A DNA stretch of 64,000 bases from Bispira polyomma (lineage: Eukaryota), in NCBI GenBank assembly GCA_965649765.1, contig OZ287750.1, positions 1,550,001-1,614,000 of the forward strand, written 5' to 3'. Below the pieces are notes generated by a model. The model worked only from the letters and a program-made list of their open reading frames with translations. It was not told the DNA's origin and ran no database searches. This document shows, one piece after another, positions 39,005-48,700 of this stretch; position 1 is the stretch's first letter, and each line of letters begins with the position of its first letter. The position numbers and the translations under genes were made by a program.

Positions 39005-39097
39005 TTACGATTGGATCAATGATTCTGCTGTTGCGCTTTAGAAGATGCCTAGCATCAATAAAGTGCATTAAAAATTCATAATAATGATAATAATAAT
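39005..39097 (+). mobile_element. Very short L2 3' terminus with (AAT)n tail
   Basis: Stem-loop tgcgctttagaagatgcctagcatcaataaagtgca followed by taataatgataataata. Confidence 0.65.
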
Positions 39098-39099
39098 AT

Positions 39100-39392
39100 G
39101 ATAGATTTTTAATACACCTAATTGATGCAAGGGACTGTCTAAAGCGCAACATCATCAACAAAATTGTTAAAATCATAGTCCGTTTCCAATGCAAATTTAT
39201 GATTGGTTGTACTAATGTGAACGAGTAAGATCTCTATGGAGGGTAAGCAAGGGTGAAGAGATGGGTCTTAAGGTTGCTTCTGAAACCAGAGAGGGTTTTA
39301 TGAGATCTTCTGTTGGCTGGTAAATTGTTCATTAGCTTTGGTGCTGCAACAGAGAAGGCATAGGATCCAATCCGTTGACTGGTTCTAGTATT
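39100..39392 (-). mobile_element. L2 3' fragment (ORF2 C-terminus plus 3' UTR)
   Basis: Reverse complement translates RTSQRIGSYAFSVAAPKLMNNLPANRRSHKTLSGFRSNLKTHLFTLAYPP* (stop 39234-39236). UTR relative at 55716-55790. Confidence 0.85.
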
Positions 39393-39739
39393 GGAGTTAA
39401 ATTACTTTAATAAACTGCCCTTTTTCAATAGTAAATCACCAGATATAGTCTTTTTTTTAAGTTAATGCGAAACTTAACTCTCAGTAATGCTTGGAGAATA
39501 TTTCTATTTTTATCCAAATATGGTCAAAGTCATGGAGATGATTTATTTATACTCACTTCTTGACTGCACACAGCCAACCAGCATTACCCAGCATCAGTTA
39601 ACTACTAATATCCCCCTAACTACAGAGAGAGAGGCTTTGGGTGACACTATTTATAACAACATCCCCAAGGATCTTTACCCTGCCACACTGGCGATAGGAC
39701 ACAATGGCCAACGTTATAAGTGGTCATACAATCTACTAT

Positions 39740-39820
39740 GTATCTGCCTGCTCATCCTCGGATTGAACCCAGTTCCTCTGTGTTCCCAAGTGGTTGTCTT
39801 ATCCACTATGCCATAGTGTG
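39740..39820 (-). mobile_element. tRNA-like SINE head terminating the 39-bp array
   Basis: Minus strand: A-box TGGCATAGTGG (39803-39813), 33 nt, then B-box GGTTCAATCC (39760-39769). Confidence 0.7.
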
Positions 39821-41176
39821 AGGGAGGTAGGTGTATCTTATCCACTATGCCATAGTGTGAGGGAGGTAGGTGTATCTCATCCACTATGCCATAGTGTGAG
39901 GGAGGTAGGTGTATCTCATCCACTATGCCATAGTGTGAGGGAGGTAGGTGTATCTCATCCACTATGCCATAGTGTGAGGGAGGTAGGTGTATCTCATCCA
40001 CTATGCCATAGTGTGAGGGAGGTAGGTGTATCTCATCCACTATGCCATAGTGTGAGGGAGGTAGGTGTATCTCATCCACTATGCCATAGTGTGAGGGAGG
40101 TAGGTGTATCTCATCCACTATGCCATAGTGTGAGGGAGATAGGTGTATCTTATCCACTATGCCATAGTGTGAGGGAGGTAGGTGTATCTCATCCACTATG
40201 CCATAGTGTGAGGGAGGTAGGTGTATCTCATCCACTATGCCATAGTGTGAGGGAGGTAGGTGTATCTCATCCACTATGCCATAGTGTGAGGGAGGTAGGT
40301 GTATCTCATCCACTATGCCATAGTGTGAGGGAGGTAGGTGTATCTCATCCACTATGCCATAGTGTGAGGGAGGTAGGTGTATCTCATCCACTATGCCATA
40401 GTGTGAGGGAGGTAGGTGTATCTCATCCACTATGCCATAGTGTGAGGGAGATAGGTGTATCTTATCCACTATGCCATAGTGTGAGGGAGGTAGGTGTATC
40501 TTATCCACTATGCCATAGTGTGAGGGAGGTAGGTGTATCTTATCCACTATGCCATAGTGTGAGGGAGGTAGGTGTATCTTATCCACTATGCCATAGTGTG
40601 AGGGAGGTAGGTGTATCTCATCCACTATGCCATAGTGTGAGGGAGGTAGGTGTATCTCATCCACTATGCCATAGTGTGAGGGAGGTAGGTGTATCTCATC
40701 CACTATGCCATAGTGTGAGGGAGGTAGGTGTATCTCATCCACTATGCCATAGTGTGAGGGAGGTAGGTGTATCTCATCCACTATGCCATAGTGTGAGGGA
40801 GGTAGGTGTATCTCATCCACTATGCCATAGTGTGAGGGAGGTAGGTGTATCTTATCCACTATGCCATAGTGTGAGGGAGGGAGGTGTATCTCATCCACTA
40901 TGCCATAGTGTCAGGGAGGTAGGTGTATCTCATCCACTATGCCATAGTGTCAGGGAGGTAGGTGTATCAGGGAGGTTGGTGTATCTCATCCACTATGGCA
41001 TAGTGTCAGGGAGGTAGGTGTATCAGGGAGGTAGGTGTATCTCATCCACTATGGCATAGTGTCAGGGAGGTAGGTGTATCTCATCCACTATGCCATAGTG
41101 TCAGGGAAGTAGGTGTATCAGGGAAGTAGGTGTATCTCATCCACTATGAAATAGTGTCAGGGAGGTAGGTGTATCA
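39797..41176. repeat. 39-bp minisatellite, ~35 highly homogeneous copies, each with a palindrome and a minus-strand A-box
   Basis: Unit tccactatgccatagtgtgagggaggtaggtgtatctca contains CACTATG-C-CATAGTG; explains the 13-aa repeat ORFs. Confidence 0.97.
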
Positions 41177-41260
41177 CTGACTTACTTAGTGGTGAGAATT
41201 AGATAACACACATCCAACAGACAGCTATTCATTGTGTGATCAATGACAAATATTTTGTCT

Positions 41261-41415
41261 GAAGAATAAGGAATCTAACATTCGCCACTGTATCTGAAAT
41301 TCGATCCCTATAAAATTGAGACAAATCAATTAAAACTGACCAAAAAATAGCTGGAATTTAGGTAAGGCAAAAAAGTCGCAAAAGTCTCCATTTCAGCAAA
41401 TATTACCCACAATTC
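41261..41415. mobile_element. Partial copy of the MITE at 42816-43001
   Basis: Shared aatcta..attcgccact, caaatcaattaaaactg and atttcagcaaatattacccacaatt. Confidence 0.75.
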
Positions 41416-42815
41416 TACCAAAAACACAACATTTTCTAGGTGGCATATTTGCGATGCAAAGGGCAAAGTTTTATAATCACAATGGATTCTTTTTTAGTCC
41501 ATTTCACAGACATTGAATAAAAACTGGTAAAATTTTACAGGCAGTCATTGATGTATCTGGTTTTCACAGCCCAGTAATATCAGTTTATTCAGAAATAGTA
41601 AACCCTTCCAAGGACAGGTGAAAAAAAACGATGGGAGAAAAAACATTGGTTAGATTATGTTTTACAAACATTTACAAAGTAAACATTTCCTATTTGACCA
41701 GCTTTTGTGATATAAATTAATGCAGATATCTTTAGTTGTGTTTATGTGCAATTGTTGGTCTATTGATAAGACTGTTTGATTGTGAGGTCTATATATAGAT
41801 ATCTAGTAAGGGACAGTGCATGCTTGAATTTAACATGGAAGAAAACATTTCAAAAATGATTTGGTTTTTGAGGAATTTCTTTATATATTATTCAAATGCT
41901 ATAACTTGGGAGTTGTGTTTACTGTTCACCTGTATATTCCTATTAAGGCAAAAGTAGGGAGTAATTTATGAAAGTATTTCATTTTTTCTTTGTGTTTTTA
42001 CAATATCTCCTCGAGACCATTTCTGTGGCTGTCATATATGAATAATAAAGAACATGTGGATTTTATTGCTTTATTTTATGACGAGACACTTTTTTTCAGT
42101 CATTTTTTCCCTACTTTACTGAAAAGATTTAAGACTCACAAGTTAAGATTGCTAACTCTATTCTTATGGCCGGAGAGAGACTGGTATTTGTTGTAATTTT
42201 AATAAACCAGCTGGAATTTTCTCACCTGAAAAGCTTATTGATTTTGCGAATCTCGTTTTTCCCCCTTTTGTTATAAGCAAAGTCCAGGAATTTATTGAAG
42301 TGCATGTCTAAATTACATATTGAGAAAAGGACAGCTTTTCAGTAAAAATAATCGATTTGAGTTTGATAAATAAGGGGCTTAGGAATTGTAGGGCGGCTGT
42401 TTTTGTTTTCTATGTGGTTGATTTGTTGTTTTTATCGTGTTGTTAAATCTTCATCCTGAACAAGGTATAGACTTTTGATTGACGTCTTTTGTCTCCTAGC
42501 AACAAACTCCGCACAGATGAGTTTCAAATAAAGTGGTATTGAAATTTTAATGTGGCTTTTCTCCATTGGTTATAGAGGATGAAATTAAAAATTTATATTT
42601 TTAGTAACGGATCAGGGTAAAATAAAATCAAAAATAGGTATAGGGCTCCAGGCTTGTTTTGTGGTGTGTGTATATGAGGTCACAATACAGATAAATACAC
42701 TCAAATTATGATGATTTGCTCCCCATGATGGTGTATACACATGCTTTTTAAAAACTGCAATGAGATGCGTGTTAAGTAACTTCTCCTGAACTAAGTTATC
42801 TACATTTCTCAAGCT

Positions 42816-43001
42816 AGAGTAGGTAATCTAAAATTCGCCACTTTATCTCAAATTTGCCACCCCTAAAATTTAAACCAAATCAATTAAAACTGGCAAAAAA
42901 TCCCTCGAATTTGGGTAAGTAAGCTAAAATCTCAATTTCAGCAAATATTACCCACAATTTCGAATTTCAGACACATTGGCGAATTTTAGATTCCTTTCTC
43001 T
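42816..43001. mobile_element. MITE with ~40-bp TIRs, superfamily unassigned
   Basis: agagtaggtaatctaaaattcgcca ... tggcgaattttagattcctttctct. Confidence 0.8.
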
Positions 43002-44254
43002 TCATAGACAATGTCACATCAAAAATTGTTTAGAAACAAAAAATTTAAGCCAAAAATATATGTTTAGTTTTTAATAGAAGTGTTTTTTTTTCAGCTGTTT
43101 TAAGTATATAAAACAGCCGAGAAATAGAAAATAAAAAAAAAAAAAAAATAAATAAAATGAGATTCAAATATTTAAGCTTGAGTTTTAAAGTCAGTTATAT
43201 TATGACTTGGCTGTTGTGTTTTTGTGCATGGGTTGCATTTTCTGTTCAATTAATTTAGAAGCAAGTTGCCCGGCTTTGAGCTGCTTTCAAGCCGTGGTCC
43301 GGCCCTACATCCCTTTTAAGGACACTGATCTCCCCCAAAACACCCCCCCCCCTTCTGCCCCCACCCCCTCCCTTGTTTGAAAAGCAGCATTAAGCTTCCA
43401 CGTGGCCAGCCTTTGTCATACACGGAAAGCTTGAACCCAGTTCACCCCACCTTTTGTGTCCCACCGCTGGACCGCATCTATTCACTCAAATCTCACTCAT
43501 CTTTGATTTCTGCGACTTCATTGAAAATTCCTACAATTTTTGGATTCATCCCCGATTTTCTGATCTAATTAGGCTTAAGTTCTCGGTGGGCTTTTTAGGG
43601 TCATTTTGTTGTTTGTTTTTATCAGGGTATTCTCACTGAAATAAAAAACAAAAACTCATTTCTATGGGTACGTCCTTGGTATATCAGCCGGTTACTCAGT
43701 CAGCCAGTTCACATTAACTTATTATTAGACTGCTGATTGTGAATTAGGCATTCAGTTGTGTACAGGGCTGCACTGCTTGTGTGGTTGGGGGATTTTAGTT
43801 TTTGGCTTGATATATAAAAAAGCCAATGAATATTTACAGTCAATGACAGTTGCACGCCATTATAACACTGTATACATGTAACATGGGCCCTCTCTTTATA
43901 AGTATAACATTCCAAATGCATATTGATCCGTTGAAGCAGTAAAAAAATGTTAATGTTCAAAAGTACTCTGAGCTCCCATATTTTCTAGTTGGGTATGATT
44001 AGTTGAATGGAATAAAACAATTTGCCTTTGATATATTTGAAGGTAGAGGGACTCCTTATAATCAGAGTACAGCAGATTGAGAGGGGGGCGGGCAGTGGAC
44101 ACCCGTTTGTAAATCTCAGCCTTAAACGTATGACAAATGATCGTCAAATAATCTTATTTCTGTTTTATAATAAAAGGTATAATAAATCTCAATTATTATA
44201 TCAGTCAAACTGTGCAACAAACTGGCAAAATATCTGGGAGTAAATCTGATGTAT

Positions 44255-44421
44255 CCCACCTTCAGGGTCCTGGTTCGAATCTCGACCGGGGCTTTAAGTA
44301 GGAAAGTTGGCAGTTAACTTGGCAGTGTAGAATCTTGACCAACTGGTATACACTGGTTTTCCCGTGTGATATGACCTCATACAATGTGTTGAAAACAACG
44401 TCAACCCCAAAATAAACAAAA
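44255..44421 (+). mobile_element. SINE family B, 5'-truncated and internally deleted
   Basis: B-box ggttcgaatct; core ttgaccaactggtatacactggttt identical to the copy at 33853. Confidence 0.75.
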
Positions 44422-44613
44422 GGAATGTCAGCTGGAGTAATAGTCTTTAAGACTGGTTTTCTATGCGAACATATTCTAACTCCTGCTGATGTCCACAATG
44501 TTTCTAATAAATACTGGATTATCTTTGTACAAATGGACACTTGTATTCTATTTACAATTGAGCTTTCTTATTTTCCAGTAGTTCTGTACATTTACTGTTA
44601 CAAACTTATTTTA

Positions 44614-45770
44614 TAGTGGTTAAAGGTGACTGCTTCACAATCCCTGGCCTCTCACCAATGTGTGTGTTGTGGGGGCCAAAGTGGCCTCGTGGTTAGAAGT
44701 GACTGCGTCACAATCACTGGCCTCTCACCAGTGTGTGTGTTGTGGGGGCCATAGTGACCTAGTGGTTAGAGGTGACTGCCTCACAATCACTGGCCTCTCA
44801 CCAGTGTGTGTGTTGTGTGGGCCATAGTGGCCTAGTGGTTACAAGTGTTAGCTTCACAATCACTGGCCTCTCACCAGTGTGTGTGTTGTGGGGGCCATAG
44901 TGGCCTAGTGGTTAGAAGTGACTGCTTCACAATCACTGGCCTCTCACCAATGTGTGTGTTGTGGGGGCCATAGTGGCCTAGTGGTTAGAGGTGACTGCTT
45001 CACAATCCCTGGCCTCTCCCCAATGTGTGTGTTGTGTGGACCATAGTGGCCTACTGGTTAGAAGTGTTAGCTTCACAATCACTGGCCTCTCCCCAATGTG
45101 TGTGTTGTGGGGGCCAAAGTGGCCTAGTGGCTAGAAGTGCCAGCTTCACAATCCCTGGCCTCTCACCAATATGTGTGTTGTGGTGGCCATAGTGGCCTAG
45201 TGGTTACAAGTGTTAGCTTCACAATCCCTGGCCTCTCACCAATGTGTGTGTTGTGGGGGCCATAGTGGCCTAGTGGCTAGAGGTGACTGCTTCACAATCA
45301 CTGGCCTCTCACCAGTGTGTGTGTTGTGGGGGCCATAGTGGCCTAGTGGTTACAAGTGTTAGCTTCACAATCAATGGCCTCTCACCAATGTGTGTGTTGT
45401 GGGGGCCATAGTGTCCTAGTGGTTAGAGGTGACTGCTTCACAATCACTGGTCTCTCACCAATGTGTGTCTTGTGGGGGCCATAGTGGCCTACTGGTTAGA
45501 AGTGCCAGCTTCACAATCACTGACCTCTCACCAATGTGTGTGTTGTGGGGGCCATAGTGGCCTAGTGGTTAGAGGTGACTGCTTCACAATCACTGGTCTC
45601 TCACCAATGTGTGTGTTGTGGGGGCCATAGTGGCCTAGTGGTTAGAGGTGACTGCTTCATAATCAATGGCCTCTCACCAATGTGTGTGTTGTGGGGGCAT
45701 AGTGGCCTAGTGGTTAGAAGTGACTGCTCCACAATCACTGGTCTCTCACCAATGTGGGTTCAAACCCTGT
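44614..45770 (+). repeat. 73-bp SINE-head-derived satellite, ~16 copies, ending in a complete A+B head
   Basis: Unit gggggccatagtggcctagtggttagaggtgactgcttcacaatcactggcctctcaccaatgtgtgtgttgt, homologous to the SINE A 5' end; B-box ggttcaaacc only at 45757-45766. Confidence 0.95.
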
Positions 45771-48700
45771 TAGTTCAGGGAGTTGACTGCCAAAGTTTGT
45801 CCTGGCTAAGCATTCCTTAGGCGTCAGTAGGTGTACAACTACTTAAAGGGAGTTCACTGTGTACTTTGAGTGATTGAAGTCTTGTCTGCTATAGAAATGT
45901 TTCAATTATCATGATGTTAAGTCATGATTCTGTTAGATTGAGTCCGATTAGAGTTTATTTATTGATCAGAAACTCGGATTCATAACAGTATTTATAAACA
46001 TGAACATATTGTTTGGTCTCTCAGAAGTTAATGTCTTTGTTATCCTTTTTGTAAGTTCTAATATACATATGAAACACAGATGACTAGGGGATAGTTTAAA
46101 AAGTCTGGGATTAGGAAATTAAAGGGCAAATTAATGCGGGCTCAGTTGCTTGGCATGACAGAATTCATCACATGGACTTACATGTAGTCCTGATATTGAA
46201 CCCCCCCCCACACACCCCCTCTTTGTGATAGATACACATTGTATGTTAAAGATTCTTTTGCAAACCAGTTCATTTGTAAAGGGAAAAAACCCAACAATTT
46301 GTGGATAAAAAAAGATGTCAAAAAACCATCCCCAAGCTGTGGTTGAAGTGAAAGTTTTGAAATGAGATGTCATGGAACTGTGAGGGTTTATAACATTGTC
46401 TCAGGTGGATATCAAAGCCAGATCTAATGCAATTAATGACAGGTGGAGCCAGGTGGAAATTTTAACACCTGAGCTCCAAATAATATGACAACAAAAAACA
46501 AACCAAAAACCCGGCAGTAGTAAAGCACTCATTAAAAACATTCATAAATGATTATGAAATGGGTTACTCCCCCCCACCCCACCCCTCCTCCATGACTGTC
46601 TTATTTTTTTGAAGATTCTAAATCAATAGGGCCGGATGAAATTCATAGATTGTAATGATGGGTTTCTTGTTGAATTATAATGATTGCGTTGAATTATTGT
46701 TACTACTTTTTTTTGTGTGTGTGGAGGGGGGGGGGGGTGCAGTGTGTGTGTGCTCGGACTGTAGTGTCCCCTTCAGGTTTTTTCTGCCCCCCCCCCCATA
46801 TTGATATTGACTCTCTATCATGGGGAATCATTTCTCTCTGTCAATATTGAGGGAGGACGAGGGCTCCGCAAATACAACCCACCACACAGTTGAAATTTTC
46901 ACTTTAATGTATTCCTGAGCAAAGCTATTCATTCTGGATGAAATGCCAAATAAGTACATAGTAACGATTGATTTTCACAAATACACACATACACACATAT
47001 AGGCGGCACAGCGGATTTAGTAGCAAAACGACTGCGGTGTCCGTTTGACCTTTAGGTCGTGTAATGTTTGAATATTATCATAAATTCAACTGGAACACAC
47101 CAAAAAACGGGGTTAATCTATGTGGCATTTACATGATAGTTCTGTGTTAACCATGAGAAGACTGGGGTGGTTCAACTTTAGGGGTTCTATATTGATTTCT
47201 TTAAGCTTGTCGGGGGGTGGGGGGGGTGCAGAGATATATTATTATGGAGCCTAAAAACTTTGAGAGAAAAAAGCGGAGAGACCAAAACAAAAAACAGGAA
47301 AAGGAAAAAAACCCAAACAACTCTGGATAAATTGCATGATTTCAAATCTCAAAATGGCCCTCCTTGTTATGAATATATATGGCATAATTATGACCCCTCG
47401 GAGCATTTTTCATTTAAAATTCATATTGGCTCGTAAGGAATGGGTGCGGGTGGCAAGGCCAATATCCATCAAAAGCTGGTATTGAGCCCTGTAAAAAAGC
47501 TGGGGGTCATAATGGGACTTTTTAGATGAGCGCTGGCCATACATCAACCACCCAAACCCTTTTAATCTCTGGACCTTACAAAGTGCCTCTTTTTAAATTG
47601 CCCAAACACAACTCCTCCCCCCCCCCCTTCCAAAATGGCCTCCCAGTCAAAATGTCTTCATCTGGGGGTTTTTATCCTCTCCTTTTTATTTCTCAGTTTT
47701 AATGAATTGCATATTTTGTATTATCTATTCACTAGAGGGAATTTTGTAATATTATCTTTTTTGTAAAAATTTCCTTTTAGAGAGGGAACATTCTTTTTGT
47801 AGTAATGTTATATCAATGTAAAAACTAGTGTCTGCAAATTTTTGAAAAAACAACTGGCCAAGAGTGTTGTTTAATTAATTTTAATATCTGTCAGTTTTGA
47901 TGAATCGTTCGTTCCAAGGGTGAAGTAGTCTCGCTTTTATTCAACTACAACATGACTTAATTAAAACTTAGTGAAACATAACATGTCATCTTCATTGATC
48001 AAACAAGGGAACGAATCCACTCCCAGAAAATAGATTACTTTATCCATTTAACAATTAATCACAAAAGTTTGATGGCTGTAATTAATTTAAAAGGAAGCCA
48101 GTTAGTTTTAATAAGCTGTGGTAGGGTGATTCTGTTATATGTTGAAAAAGAAAATTGTTTAGAAAAAAACTCACCATAATTGAGCATGCTTTGTTTTAGG
48201 TTTTCAAATATAAAATAAGTTGATATATTTTTTTCCTAGGACTGAATGGGTTTTTGTCCACACTGAGTAATGTTGCCTCTGAAAGCTACCCTTGAATTTG
48301 TCGAGTGAAGGTTCAACATAAAATGATAAATTATGTTTAGAAAACACTTACCAGTTAAAGGCTGCAAGGGGCCTTAATTAATGTTCAGAGAATAATAAAA
48401 AAAATAGTAGTAAACATAACGATAATAAATCAAAAATAAGGATTATCCAATAAAATCGTAACAAATAAAACCTAACATGTTAGGGATGTGAGCTTTTTGT
48501 TTGGATAATAGAAGGTTCAGAAAATAGAAGAGCTATTTTAAATACAAAACCAATAGGAAATCTCTGAATTTGGGAAAGTCAAACTGAGTTTATCAAGAGT
48601 ATATATTTTGATAACAGAAAGTTTGTATAATAGAAGTATCAACTATATGATTGAAATAATATGTACATTATGGGGACTTTATTTTCATCTTAACAATTCA

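Noticed and set aside
39714-41017. 394-aa and 407-aa repetitive ORFs
   Set aside because: Translations of a stop-free 39-bp minisatellite on both strands; no splice or homology support.
39797-41176. CRISPR-like palindromic repeats
   Set aside because: No unique spacers, no cas genes, eukaryotic intron.
44614-45770. Tandem tRNA gene cluster (73-bp period; CTTCACA resembles a TCA anticodon loop)
   Set aside because: Units lack a T-arm/B-box and acceptor stem; they match the local SINE head instead.
48240-48296. Candidate next CAAP1 exon after ttttttcctag
   Set aside because: In-frame stop after ~18 codons and no CAAP1 similarity.
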